A DNA stretch of 64,000 bases from Stegostoma tigrinum (taxonomy: Eukaryota): NCBI RefSeq assembly GCF_030684315.1, contig NC_081363.1:26724116-26788115 (forward strand), written 5' to 3'. A model generated the notes under the pieces. The model was not told the DNA's origin. It ran no database searches and worked only from the letters and a program-made list of their open reading frames with translations. The first letter of the stretch is position 1, and every line of letters begins with the position of its first letter. Shown here one piece after another: positions 14,267 to 27,860 of this stretch. The translations under genes and the position numbers were made by a program.

Positions 14267-14689
14267 CTGTAAGGAAAACAGCAACAGTTAGAACGGAAGA
14301 GATTGCGAAGTGCAGCTGCAACATCTTCCGACCAGTAATGCAACAACTGATATAGAGCAAATCCACAAGAGGTTACAGCAGAATTAAACGAATTGGGCAG
14401 GGAGTGAAAATGAGCTTATGGTACTGTTATACCACTGACTGAAATACATTCTAGATTAATAAAGGGGCAGTGAGGAGGGATTACAGTTTTAACTTTGGAC
14501 AAGATGTTTCTAAATTGACTAAGCGCAAATTAAGTTAATAAGTCAGGAGCTAAGGATTCTTGGGGTGTGCCAACAGAACTTCCTGAACCAGGAAGCCAGG
14601 TTTCAAGTCCCACCTGCCCCAAAAGTGTGTAATGACATCTTTGAATACTTGAATGGAAAATCCAAAATCAGAAGCTTCCAGAGTTCTAA

Positions 14690-14990
14690 TCTAGAATCCC
14701 TACAGTGTAGGAACATGTGATTTGGCCCAGCAAGTCTGCACCAACTCTCCAAAGAGCATCCCACTCAGACTCACCCCTCTACCCTATCCCTGTAGCTCTG
14801 CATATCCCACAGCTAATCCACCTAACCTACACCCCTGGACACTGGACAATCGCTAATCCACCTGTACACCTCTGGACTGTGGAGGAAACCCACACAGATA
14901 CAGAGAGAACACTCCACACACAGTCGCCCGAGGCTGGAATTAACCCAGGACCCTAGTGCAGTCAGGCAGCGGTGCTAACCACCGAGTCAA
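14690..14990 (-). mobile_element. tRNA-derived SINE
   Basis: A/B-box-like head at ~14930-14990, conserved core, CR1-like tail. Confidence 0.75.
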
Positions 14991-15832
14991 CATGACAGCC
15001 AAAGGAAATCAGTGAACCAGATGGGTTATTATTCCTGACAATTGGCAACCATTATATAGTCAAACTCTTAGTCCCAGGCTGTTACTGAATTCAAATTCCA
15101 CCACCCACCTTGGTGGGATTTGAATTCGTGTTACCAGACCATTACCTTGATTTCTGGATTAACAGTCATCTAGTGCCAACGAAGCGTTGTACAAAATGAA
15201 ATGGGTTGTCTACAACAGAATTCAACAGCCTAATGGTTTTCAAAAATAGTTTTGTGCAAGACTTCCCACAAATAATGAAGCACTCCAGAGGGCCAGATCC
15301 TAACTTGAAAGGAAGCGTTAACCGCCTTAAAAGGAAAAATGCCAGGCACAACAGAAACTCAAGAGATTTCTTTTTTCATACCTTCAGCTGAAAGAAACAT
15401 TGTCGCACACAACAAACAGAAATCAAGCTTGCACTTACAAGTGTGACCCTACACATCCTGACTGGTTCCCCATATCACACACAAACTAGAGCTCACACAA
15501 ACACGTTGTGCTGACCAAACTTGCACCAGCCCCACACATCCAGCCCTGTGCTTGATGAACTACATTGAATCCCAACTCAAGCAATGACTTGATTTTAAAT
15601 AATTCAACCTTATTTTCAAGTCTATCCTTGACCTCACTCCTCTCCATAATCCAAACACCCTTCAAGGTATCTCCATGTTTAACTCTGATCTTCTGGATTT
15701 TCATCGGTCCACCATAAGGGGCTGAAAGCATTGTCCTCAATGTTATAGGCTATGGAACATTCTCTTTGAATCTCTACATCTTCTCCATTCTTACAAAGGT
15801 GGCACTTCAAAATATTATCTTAGGTTGGGCAA

Positions 15833-16049
15833 AGAGATCAAAGTGTGAAGCTGGATGAACACAGCAGGCCAAGCAGCATCTCAGGAGCACAAAAGCTGAC
15901 GTTTTGGGCCTAGACCCCTCTCTGATGAAGGGTCTAGACCCGAAATGTCAGCTTTTGTGCTCCTGAGATGCTGCTTGGCCTGTTGTGTTCATCCAGCTTC
16001 ACACTTTGTTATCTTGGATTCTCCAGCATCTGCAGTTCCCATTATCTCT
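15833..16049. mobile_element. Palindromic Penelope 3'-end insertion, family A
   Basis: ~85 bp near-perfect arms meeting at the hammerhead motif (15922-15949), ~35 nt tail on right arm. Confidence 0.9.
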
Positions 16050-17028
16050 TTGCCCAACCTATTCAGCTTTTGCCATGATATTTCCTTACGTGGTTAGTCT
16101 CAAATTTCGACTCGCTACGTTTCTGGAGGCACTCTCCATCACATTAACGTTAGGTGCTGATACACTGCTCGGTTAGTAGATGAAGCAGCAGCTCAGTCAT
16201 TGCAACATCTATGGACAGCGCGCGCGCCTCCACTAGTTCTATAGGGACGGTGGCAGCCCAGCTCTCAGCCTGCGGCGGCTCAGGGGCTTTTGATTCGCGG
16301 TGTCGGATCGTACAAAGCAGATCGAGCACAGAACAGGCTCCCTGAATCCAGGAGGTGCAGACTTCTCAAGATCGCCCCAGACTCCCACAGATCAGATGCC
16401 CACCGACTCCCACCCCGTGCCACCACGACAGATCAGGAGTGCTCTTCCCCATTCTCCACCAGTCCCTGGCCCCGCCCCTGGATAAGTATCAACATTCCAA
16501 ATTGTAACCAATCCTCTGCGCTCTGGCCAATCACAAAGGCTGAAACATATGACATGAAAAAGGCGCCAGATGGAAGGGGGGCGGGAGGGCTGATATCGAG
16601 ATGTAATTAACACGGCTGTTGTTGCTGAATCTACAGGGACCCACCAATTTGCAGCAAAATCTTGTATCTTTCATTAAATATGCTAGTTTTCCAGCGGATG
16701 GCTCCTGCCTTTTTGTGAGTTTAATGATTTCTTTTGGGAGTTGGGGCGGGGAGGGGAAGAGGAGGAGGGAAATCAGATGATATCCGCGCACATATACACA
16801 AGGACATACAGTTACAAATATTTCTTTAGACCACGCACGCCCCTTTCCAGCTGTGAATCGAGATTCCCCGGTTTTCAAGACCTCGACCCGAGCCCGGGGG
16901 TCGGACTGGGATGGGGAGGGGTCGGGAGGGAATTGCACGATTCCAAGGAGTTCAGCACAGACAAAGAACACATTCCAAACCCCACCACCCCCAAAATCAC
17001 CGGCACACCATCAAAAATAAAACCTCAC

Positions 17029-17181
17029 GTCCGAGTAGGAACATCTATCGGAGTCGCTGCCGCCTAAAACGGCGCAGGCTTCATTCTCCAGCTCCTCATC
17101 CTCTTCCAGAACATCGGCCAGAGACACGATGGGATCTTCCTCTTCTAGCGGCCGCTTGTGATTCCCCTCGTTTGCCGCCAT
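17029..17181 (-). CDS. UBR7: UBR7 exon 1 coding part (E3 ubiquitin ligase / histone chaperone)
   Basis: ATG at 17181, 153 nt to GTGAGG donor; MAANEGNHKRPLEEEDPIVSLADVLEEDEELENEACAVLGGSDSDRCSYSD; phases of exons 1-7 join in frame. Confidence 0.97.
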
Positions 17182-17493
17182 CTCGAAGTGTACAAAGACT
17201 TCCGGGTTGGGGCTTTTTAAAGCTGCATCCCCTTCCCCGCCCCCCCCCCTTCACTCTAACCCTGTTTCACTAAATACACCGCCCGCTGTAAATAAGAGAC
17301 TGAGGACCGCATCCGGATCCTACACTTGGTGACTTTGGGCGGTTTCTTATTGTTACGTCCGTTTACCGGAAAGCTGCCTGCGCTGCGCTGTCTCTTTTGC
17401 TACCACCCATTACTGATTATTTTCTTCCGCTGTCGATAGTGAGAGGCGGCCCTGTGCCCGGGCGGGACGGTACTCCGTGGCCCCGCAGTTGGA
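17182..17493. promoter_or_regulatory. Bidirectional CpG-island promoter shared by UBR7 and GON7
   Basis: 312 bp between divergent ATGs; CpG-rich; ETS-like ACTTCCGG 17198-17205 and CCGGAAA 17366-17372; GC box ~17235; YY1-like GCCGCCATCT over the UBR7 ATG. Confidence 0.85.
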
Positions 17494-17719
17494 ATGTCCG
17501 CCCCGGCCTCTGACTGTGAGCTGTGCGGGGAGTTGAGCTCCCGGGGCGGCGAGCGCCGCCACTTCACGGTCCGCACCTCCTGCACCATCCCGGGCGTCCT
17601 GAGCGGAGTCCGCCTCCTGCAGCAGAAACTCCAGGTACCTCTGACCGAGCTCGTCCTGCAGGAGAAGCAACAGGGACAAGGGCAGCGCTGCCCTGAAAGC
17701 CCGGCCTCCAGCACTGCCG
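17494..17719 (+). CDS. GON7: GON7 (C14orf142), KEOPS complex subunit, exon 1
   Basis: MSAPASDCELCGELSSRGGERRHFTVRTSCTIPGVLSGVRLLQQKLQVPLTELVLQE... resembles human ELLGE..GLLSGVAQM; phase-1 GTGAGT donor at 17720; syntenic position head-to-head with UBR7. Confidence 0.88.
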
Positions 17720-18034
17720 GTGAGTCGGGGGGGTGGGGAACGTGTGGTTATTCCTTAGGAGAATACTTCTTAATCTATTGTAGATCTGAGAGTCGGAATT
17801 CTCTCCGTACAGACCCGTCGAAGCTCCGTCCTGGCTAAGGTAGGGATTTTGAGTCCCTGTGGTGTACAATGTTACACCATGATGGTACTGAATGGCGGGC
17901 CAGGCTCGATGGGTTGAATGGCCTGCACCTGTTATCCCGCTGTGGTGATCTTGTTCGCGCATCTAAGATCCTGAGATGGATACCAGGGGGATGCTTTCTC
18001 CTTGTGGTGGAGACAAGAATTACTAGAGATGGTT

Positions 18035-18205
18035 AGTCGTAGAATCCCTACAGCGTGGAAACAGGCCATTCAGCCCATTGAGTCCACATCCGAAGAGCGT
18101 TCTACCCAGGCCCACTTTCCAACCCTACACTACATTTCCCATGGCTAATCCACCTAGCCTGGACAGTATGGCCAATCCACCTAACGTGTACGTCTTTGGA
18201 GCTGA
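18035..18205 (-). mobile_element. SINE 3' fragment
   Basis: TAGAATCCCTACAGCGTGGAAACAGGCCATTCAGCCC tail as in other copies. Confidence 0.65.
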
Positions 18206-18689
18206 GTGAGGACGTGTGAGAATTCTTTTCTGAAGTTCTATAGAGTGCAGGTGGTTTTCAATTTGAGCCAGGTTGGCTTGATTTTGACTCACCGGTGAGT
18301 TGTGGGGTGCTGACAGTAAAGTGTAGATAAGATCACAGAAAAAACTGCCATTGTAGATGAATCACGATGGTCCTCTCTTGGTCTGAAACCAAATGTTTCA
18401 GTCTTCATGCCCCCCACAGTAAATCGAGAGTTAATTCTTGGTGTAGCTCTGCTTTTAATTCTCCATACCTCCCTCGACACCCTCTCCATCATGGATGGAA
18501 CCCTAACATCATGATAGGTGTTGGCCTTTTTTTCTATCCATTGTAGTTTGAGTGAGGGATTGACTTAACCTTGTTCAGAACATGAGTATAAAAGGAAGTG
18601 TGAATAAGCTTGTACATGACCTGTCCCCTCATGACCAACAGTTTGAACCTATTTCCTTCTCCATTTCCCAGCACTGCATTGTACTCCTT

Positions 18690-19000
18690 CCTCCCTGCAG
18701 TGTGGAAACAGGCCATTTGGCCCAATATGTCCACACCAGCCTTCCAAAGAACATCCCTCCCACCCCTGCATTTCCAGTGGCTGAAACACATATCCCTGAA
18801 TGTTATGGGCAATTTAGCATAGCCAATCCATCTAACTTATGTCTTTGAACTGTGGGAGGAAATCGGAGCACCCAGAGGAAACCCATGCAGACACGGGGAG
18901 AATATACAAACTCCACACACAGTTGTCCGAGGCTAGAATCAAACCCGTGTCCCTGGTGCTGTGAAGCAGCAGTGCTTACTGCTGAGCCATGATGTTGCCA
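18690..19000 (-). mobile_element. tRNA-derived SINE
   Basis: Reverse strand reads TGGCTCAGCAGTAAGCACTG..GGGTTTGATTCTAGCC (A and B boxes), then core and tail. Confidence 0.8.
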
Positions 19001-20287
19001 TTCCTATCCCACCACCCTTATGTTCTCCCCTCCCTAACTAGAAAATAACCAGCATTTGTATGACAGTGAAAAGGGAAAAAACTGTTGATGGAAGGGCTGA
19101 AACGAAGGGAACATGGAACGAGGCTAATTGGCAAAATAACTCAACACAGGGGGAAAGCCTCTTCATTCAGCCACTTGGGTTCAGGTCTGGACTCTGAGTC
19201 TGGAGTCACATTCAATTGGGGAATTCAAGAATGAATTAAATTATGAAGGAATTGTTAAACCTGCAGGAGGAGGCCGTTTGGCCGCCCTTGTCTGTACAAT
19301 TAATTGATTAAGTGCCATTCTCCAGCCCTCTCCTTGTAACGCTGCACGTGTTATCTTTCCAGATAATGGTCTAATTCCCTTTGAATGCTTCATTGAACCT
19401 GCTTCCAGTGCACACTCAGGCAGTACCTTTGAGGCCCTAACCTCTGTTGGGGGGCAAAAAGATTTCACCTTCCGTATTTGAAAAGGAAGAAGGCAGAGGT
19501 ATTGGCTTTTGGTACGCTGCTCCTTCAGAGAACAGAGGTAGACATGAGGGGCCAAATGGTCTCCTTCATTGCTGTGACCATTTTATGATTGTGTACAGCA
19601 TCTTTCCCAACCTTTGAATGCTCCAAAGTTCTTCACTATCGGAGCAGAACTTTTATAGTGATTCTTGTAATGCAGGCAAATAATGGAACCAATTTTCATG
19701 CAGTGAGGTAACACAAAAATGTGAATTAGATAAATGATGAACAATTAGTTTAGGGTGTTGTTGAGTGATCAGTGTTGGCCATGACTTTGGAACTCCTCAT
19801 GTCTTCTAAAGTGGTCATTGTTTAATATCCAGTTCAAAAATGTTACCGCCTGACAGTGTCATACTTTTGTCCTGCATCTGTTTCTTTGCTGTTTTGTGGG
19901 AGTTAGGCATTACTGGCATGGCCACCGTTTGTTGCCCATCCCTAATTGCCCTTGAATGGAGGACAGAGGACAGTTAAGAGTTGACCACGTTGCTTTGAAT
20001 CTGGAGTCATTAAGCAGACCAGGGAAGGATGACAAGATTTCCTTCCCTAAAGGAAATTAGTGAACCAGATGTGCTTTTATGACAATTGACAATTGTTATG
20101 TTGTTGCCATTAGGCTAGTTTTAATTCAAGATTTTTATTTACTTCAGACTTTGCCATCTTATGGTAGGATTCAAACCTGTTTCCCCAGAACATTAACCTG
20201 CAGTTTTCGACGACTAGTCCAGCAACATTAACACTGCCCCATCTCTCCATAGTGGTGATATCAAGTGTCAACAGACAGCAGTTACTG

Positions 20288-20489
20288 AAGATAACAAAAT
20301 GTGAAGCTGGATGAACACAGCAGGCCAAGCAGCATCTCGGGAGCACAAAAGCTGATGTTTCGGGCCTAGACCTAGGCCCAAAATGTCAGCTTTTGTGCTC
20401 CTGAGATGCTGCTTGACCTGCTGTGTTCATCCAGTTTCACACTTTGTTATCTTTGGATTCTCTAGCATTTGCAGTTCCCATTATCTCAG
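20288..20489. mobile_element. Palindromic Penelope 3'-end insertion, family A
   Basis: 16 bp TSD AGCAGTTACTGAAGAT 20277-20292 / 20490-20505; centre GGGCCTAGACCTAGGCCC. Confidence 0.9.
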
Positions 20490-23400
20490 AGCAGTTACTG
20501 AAGATTTTGGATTTGGAGTCACATCCTTCTGACTCTAGGGAAAGAGCATTATCACTGAGCCATGGCAGACAACTTGGAGCACCTCGTCTTCCCCTTCCCT
20601 TTCGTGCCTTGGGCACTGATTTCAAATTCAATCCTTCCAGCTGTTTCCCTTGACCTCCTGTCTCCCTTCGACTCTATATCAATTTTATAGACGTTCAAAG
20701 CAAATTGTCTTCATAGTCTATTGTAGGTAGCAATTCAGAATCACAGGTGAGGAAACAAAATTTTGTTTTCTTTTTAAACTGCTTCTACAGAACAGAGTTG
20801 AAGTGGAGAGGGATAGGAACTGTGGGAAAGAGAATGAACTAAAATATGTCAAAAAGGAAGAGAAGAGAAGTATTTCAAATAAAGTGAAGTGGCTATTGTG
20901 AGCAGACTGCATCAATGGTCGCAGTTGAGACTGCCGATGTCCCCATCTTGTGCTTGCTGGCATTATGTGAATGTTATCACTTTGACAGGAGGAGTACTCC
21001 AGTAATCAAGTCCCACTTCTCCATAGGATGTCCTGAAATTGTAAATATTCAACTGAATCACCAAGATTTTTAAATTTACAAATATCTTGATCAAGAAAAA
21101 GACTTACACCTAATTTTTAATCAATAAACACATAAATGTATTTATTATGAATAAACTTAGTCTGTAGAAAAAGGCAAAATGCGTTATTAACTCCTACAAG
21201 GTAAGCTTTGACCTTTAAACCCTAGCACGTACATGTTCATGCACAGAGGGGACAGGACATAGAATTCAGGGTTATTATAGCAAAAATGAAAATCTCATCA
21301 GGAGTCCTAACCTAATGGACACAAATGGAGTTCAGCAAGAAAAGTTGGGTGGACTGTTTGAGTGAATGGTATCAAGATTAGTCATGTCACTAAACGTGTG
21401 CCTTATGAAAATGTGGCACTAACAACAGCCATTTTACTGTATAATTTAAAATATCCACATGCATTCATCATAACTATAAAACCATATTCAATATTTCCCA
21501 AACTGTATTTAAGACAAAAATATCCCAGGATACATGGTGCCAAGGCATGAAACATGAGCTGCTTGCTACTAAACAGTGTTGACTTATATGCAGTAGTGAT
21601 TTTAAACAATATATAATCTGATTTATGTGAAGAATGCTGCTAAAGGCCTCTTGAAGTTTCCATTGAAGACTGATTCTCAATGTTCCACTAGGCCTTTTCT
21701 TGATTGATCAAGACAAGACTAATTGTTTGGAAGCCATCTTCCCCTCCCAGTTATAAATATTCTAGTTGCCAGTTGTACAATGAGAGTGGATTCATCCTTG
21801 GTTGTATTTTTGATATTGATCTTGACTTTTAACTTGTATTTTTCTTTTTGATTTTTTTTGAGGTGTTTTGAACCCATGTGCCAGAATTCTGCCATTAATA
21901 TGTTGGAACTGTTTTAAAACACTAAGAGAACAATCTGGAACATCTCATTGTTTCATCAATTCCATCTCATTGCTTCTTCCTTGCATTTCTCCCCACGGGG
22001 GTACCTCCTAGTTTCTGCTTGCTTCGGCATGTTGTACATTTCAGATTTGCTGCAGGATCTCTTAGTAAGAACACTGTTAAAATGAATAATTATTGTTACT
22101 TTCCCTCTAGAATGAAAGATTGGAATGTATTCTTGGTATTTTTAACAATGTGTTTTTGTGAAAATCATTTGTAGGTTTTTTTAAAAAGTAACTCAGAATT
22201 GTGCTTTGTATTCTACAAAGCAATATATTCTATATGTTATTCTATATAATAACATGGATGTTACATTGTTTTAATTGCTTTAAAAGCTCCCTTTCTTTTC
22301 ATAGTCATTGGAGAAAGTATTAAGTGCATGTTGTTAGGCTTCCTAGAAAAGGCAGAGTTATTGACAAGTACACTAGCAGCTAGCAATAATTTGGCATGAA
22401 GTATATGTTGTTACTTAGCATTTTTAATTAATTTTAAAGTATGAGCAGAGACTGGTGGATTTGCAGTATATCCGAAATGGCTTTTTAATTCTGGCAGGTA
22501 CTGCCTGACAACATGATTCATTCAAAATAATAACTCAACTGGCAATACATTTTAAAAATGGTTCTAGAGAACAGTCCAGCCTTTTGCACAAGTAAGAAAA
22601 AAAGGCTGAAAATCATTTTGTTCAGTTAAATGTTTTCATGATGACAGAATTCATAATTACCTTTTTGCATCTTCTGGGAAATCTCCTTTCACGTAAAACA
22701 AAATCTTCATTGTTTTACCTTCTTAACTGTGAAAAGGATGTTTGTAAATTTCAGTAAAATGAACCATAATAAATGCTGGAAATCTGAAATAACATTAATA
22801 GAAAATTCAGTAAGTATACAGCTGGCCTGTCAGCACTTGTCAAGGTACAGAATAACTTGTTTTCCAAATTTATTTCCTGCTAATTAGTCTGGGATTTTTA
22901 AATCTGATTGGCCTTTCCCTTGAGATTTACCTAGCTTTGTCTAGATGAGAAGGTGTTAATGTTGTGATGCCTACAACCGTGTGAGACTGTCTAAGTGAAC
23001 TGGTATTTTTTTTTGATAATTTTGCCTGTTTTCAGTGTCTAACCCTTGGTGGTGTGTGTTTTCGGCAAGTTTGGTTTTTAAATTTCAAGTTTGCTTTGTA
23101 ACAAAGTTTCCTAGCTAGTTTGCATACTATTATTTCACTTTTTTTGCAAGAAATTATTCCTTTCCTAGTTTTGTTAGAGTCATTGCTGTCATTGTTCAGT
23201 CAATTCAAATGAATGTTATGCACTTTTTTAAAAGTAACCTCACTGTTCCACCATGCCCCCACCCCAAACAAAATATTGAGCTTTAAATTTAATGGTTTTG
23301 TGCAGAGAAGCTGCACTAGTGTACAATTACTAGGAACAATGACTGAACAGATGTGAACATGAATTTACATTAAGGAAAATATACTGGTATCTGTAATATG

Positions 23401-25137
23401 AATATGATTGACAAAGAAAATTTTATTAATGCCAGATGAATCATAATTGTGGAGCTCTTGGTTTTAGCTATCAACAAGTCTATTCAGGATAAATCTCTTG
23501 TCGGACCAAAGTTGAGCTCCATGCAATGTCTTTTAGCGTATAATGCTACAGTCTTGGCTTGAGAGAATTTTTCAGCCATGGTTTGGCAACAGTGCAGTTA
23601 AGTAGATATTGTACCTCATGATCCAGAAGTGAAGATGATTTTGATGAAGGAAACTTGTGTGCTTTTGAAAAGAGAGGAATTGAGTAAAAGGTGTTTATCT
23701 TTAGTAAGCTGAGACGGCAATGGATCAATTTAATTTAAAAATAAGGCAGGTCAACGAAGGTGTTATCAGGATAATTTGCAACATACAAAGTGCTTCCTAA
23801 AGCATTTTCAGCACGGAAATAAGTTTTTCTCACAAGCCGCCTTTCATGCCGTTACATCTAACGTCATACATGTTATAAAAGACCATCTCCCTGCCTTGCT
23901 TTTTAAATTTTATTGCAAGGGCATGTTCTGTTTGATTGTCTTGTTGCTATGCTTTATTCCTTCACAGCCCCAGTTTCTCCAATTGCCTGACTCCTTTGCA
24001 TGGGTTTCAGCATCTTTCTTTCTGGCTTGTGAATGTCTCTGGCTAGGCCAGCAATTTTTTTTCATCCCTTAATTACCCTGAGAAGCTGGTGGTGAAATTA
24101 GTTTAGCTGAGAAACCCATAGCACATGTTGGAGGATTTTATTCTGCTTGTGGAACTGAACTTTCCTGAGCCTACATTCACCCTGCCCTATCACAGGTTTC
24201 TGTAATAACTTTGGAAACCATTAGTTGCCATGCAGGAGCTTCGTGGAATTAAGGATTCTGCCAATCCAAATAGATTTCATCTAATGTTCTTTTTGGTGCA
24301 CGGTTCAATGAGAATTTGTCACTTTGTTCACTCAGAGGGGATTCCTTGTGCGTGAACCTAAATAGTTGGTAGACTAAATTTTTGGGGCAGTTGGCAGGAT
24401 AGTAGATAGTATAATTGAGCCTGATGCAATCATCACCTTGCACTCCATTACAATGAGCCTTGATGTTAAGCCCAGCCAATTTTTTCACCTGCTTAACATA
24501 GGTGTTTAGCAAATCATAGCTTGGATGTGACAGCTCCATAGACTGAGGAATAAATCGCAATCTTAATCTTTACAAAAGCACGTTTGGAAACTTTTTAGTT
24601 TAACAAACAACTGAGATTGGAGTTTAATTTCTATTGAAGGACCGAGTCACCCAGTTATGTCTTTGATTTCAGCCACACTCTGGGGCTGACTGACAAATGA
24701 CCAGACTTAGGTAATATCATTTCTTCATTTAGGACTTAAATAGTCTAGATATCATGATGTCACACTCATAACGTTTGGTGTCCAATGCAGTGTTTTGGTA
24801 ATATGCTAGAAATATCAGCAAGTCTAATTACCTCAATGGTTAATCTTTCACCAAGTTGATTTAGAGGTCACACTTTAAAACCTGTAATTACAGCTCCTGC
24901 CAATTTTAATCTTTTCTATACGTGCGGCATTACTCTTCCTCCCACCCCTATCCTTGGCTTACAGTATCATCCTTTTCGGAATTTAATATCACTTGCCTTC
25001 CACCCAATGCTGTTTCTTTCTTCAAGTATTACCAGCAATCTCAAGAGTTTGCTTTTGTTATCGTGTATTGGAGCCTGGATCCAGATGTTCAGATTGCTAA
25101 CTTATAAAATATGTTTTGCTATAATTGTTTCAATCAG

Positions 25138-25229
25138 ATGAAGATGACGAAGATGACAGTGAAGACGAACCAGCTGATAAAGGAGATGGAGATGCTCCTC
25201 CTTCAAAAAGGACTAGGAAACAATGTTGA
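25138..25229 (+). CDS. GON7: GON7 exon 2 (acidic tail and basic NLS-like end)
   Basis: CAG acceptor 25135-25137, phase matches; DEDDEDDSEDEPADKGDGDAPPSKRTRKQC* resembles human DDEDDAEDE...GPSAKRPKTPS; spliced product 105 aa. Confidence 0.9.
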
Positions 25230-25915
25230 CTTACCATCGGAAGCTGTCTAACTGCTCCAGTTTGAGATGCTGCAATGACGACTTCCTTTAAAAACACTCA
25301 CCTTTTTAAATTCAGGCATTTCATGGCTGCTGAACCTTTTCTAATACTCAAAGATATTTTTGAAAGTGGACAAATTTTGAAAAACCTGATATTTGTTTCT
25401 AATGTAAACCATAGAAAATGATAATTCTACAATGTTCTTGTTTTTGCTTTTTCAGAGAAAATTAAGTCTTCAGACTGTGAGTGACAAAGACAGATATCTA
25501 GTGGAGATTGTCTAAAATGATACATGAATAAGAACATAGTGACTATTTTAACAAGTTTAATGATTTTAAGACAGATAATCAAGTCTGTCATTTACCCAGG
25601 TTCCCATAGTAAGCCTAGATGATTGCTGTTAGATTGACTGATTCTGCTGAGAAGGCAGTGGGAGTTTGTAATTAGATTTCTTCATTAAAACAGCACTATA
25701 CTTTTCATGTCTTGCTGGCTCAGCTTCAGAGGTGTAGTACTGAAAAGATTGAGTAATTGTATAAAATGCTGTAATATGATCCCAAACTGAAATCAGGCTT
25801 GATATTTCATGCTGTTTTTTGTTTTTAACGTGATCTCTCACTGTAATGTGTAAGCGTGCAGTGTTGCAGATTTGGTTTTAACAAAAAAAAGTTCCTTACA
25901 TGAAGACTGAATTAG

Positions 25916-25921
25916 AATAAA
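25916..25921 (+). terminator. Candidate GON7 polyadenylation signal
   Basis: AATAAA ~690 nt after the stop codon. Confidence 0.5.
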
Positions 25922-27199
25922 TCAAATTTTACATATTACATTTAAAGGTTTTGAAACACAGTAGAAATACAATCTCATTAATCCCAAAAATATCCCCTTA
26001 CAATATTCAAAATGCCAGTGAGAATGTTCTATCCCACATTGGATTTGACCTGGCTGTGGCTTCAGTTCCCAGTCATGAAAATCTGTTGGCTTCTTCCTTA
26101 ATTGACCTTATAACTGAACTTGGATCATGTGGAGGTGAGAAATTGAGTTTTTACCAAACCCTGAGGGTCTAGAATTTTTCAACTAAATTATTCACAATGA
26201 GGTAACTTGTTTTAGCAATTCTAAACAATTTTCTCCCTTTCACATGAGAAACTACCTTATATGTCCAGTGTTGGCCAATTACTACGTGCAGAACTGACTT
26301 AACTTTGTAATTAGCATTTTAATTTCACTTTATGGGTGTTTTCCTTAGGCTTCCAAAAATAACCCCAGAATCTTCAATCTGAAAGCATTACTTTGGGAGA
26401 GTTTACAAGTGAACAATGTAAAAGAGTTTCCATTAACTTTAAGTTTTTTTTGAAAGTTTAAGCGTCAAGAGCCAATTAATCATAAACTGCTTCAGGCACA
26501 CACAACCTGCATGACACTAGCTCAATTCAAAAATAAATTACATTAAAATATATGAATCACATACATTACTACTATCATAACACCAGCTACCAACATTATT
26601 GCCATTAGTTGATGCTGTGTTGTCAAATGATCACTTAGAGGCACAGCATGATTGCAATGTAGAACCCACCATGCATCTTAGCCTAGTACCACTCACCCCC
26701 TCCCATCCAATGTTCCATTTAAGCTACATGACCTCATGGTTTATCAGACTGTCTGGGCAAGCCAACTGGTATGTGGGCATTGGACATATTTGCAACAGCA
26801 GAAAAACATTAAATCATAGCTTTCACCTCACATTGCGTGTTTTAACCAGTTAACTATGCAACTCTTGCTACCACCACTGTCAGGCATTGTAATGCAACTC
26901 TGAAGAGTTCACCTTGTATTTTTTAACAAAATCTTCCATCAGTGCTTGTTTTGACAAATCATTTTAACCTGTGACCACTGGTTCTGAATCCATCCATCAA
27001 TGGAAACAGTTTCTTCCCCATTATACACCTGTCCAGATTTTGAATATTTCTATCACATCTTTTTCAAGAGGGATGGTCTGTTTTTCAAATCTACCCACAT
27101 AACCAAAGCTTCTGAACTTTGAACAATTATGAATCTTTTCTAATGCTATAATCTCTCCTGCTGGACCCCATACTTCATGAAAGGCTGAACCAATGTTTT

Positions 27200-27385
27200 A
27201 AACAAAAACTGAAATTACCGGAGAAGCCCAGCAGGTCTGGCAAGAAATGTGGAGAGAAAGCAGAGGCAATGTTTTGGATCCAGTGACCCTTCAGAACTGA
27301 CTATAGCTAGGTAAAGCTGGTACATATGCTGAAGGGGGGGGGGAGAAGAGAGAAACAATAGATGGCAATGGAGCCAAGAGAGAAC
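27200..27385 (-). mobile_element. Family B Penelope-like 3' end fragment
   Basis: CCCAGCAGGTCTGGCA..GGATCCAGTGACCCTTCAGAAC as in other family B copies. Confidence 0.6.
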
Positions 27386-27860
27386 AATGTTTCAAGTATT
27401 TTTTTTGTAAAATCAAACCTTCCTTAACAAGCAGTGCAAAATCTGCTATTCCTTAAGCTAATGAAATTATTGTACTATGAATTTCTGGACTGCTAATCAT
27501 TCTGTTTTGAAGATGTATCAGCAAGGATCCACAATGCCTGTTATGGTTGGAATAAAGTTGAATCTATTACAAAATTAATTTTGAACGTGAGTTGCAAAAT
27601 TAGTTTGAATTTTGGATCATGACTGCACTTTTAAAATTTTTTTTTACATTTGTTATAATGTCCATATTTTAAGAAAACTATTCCTCTAACCACCTATTTT
27701 GATGGCTAGCTCTGATTGGTCTGTTTACATGTAATATTACTTGTTAGAAATTTCTAAACTTTATTTTCATTACTAAGCCAAGGCTAGAAAGTTTACTTCA
27801 CTCGGGATTACTGATGTATTTTTATTATTTAACTCACCAAAAATCACTTAAAACAATTCT

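Noticed and set aside
17720-17838. C-terminal part of the 114 aa ORF at 17494
   Set aside because: Read-through into the intron past a consensus GTGAGT donor; the real C-terminus is exon 2 at 25138.
18900-19000. tRNA-like A/B boxes
   Set aside because: SINE head attached to SINE core and LINE-like tail; no full cloverleaf.
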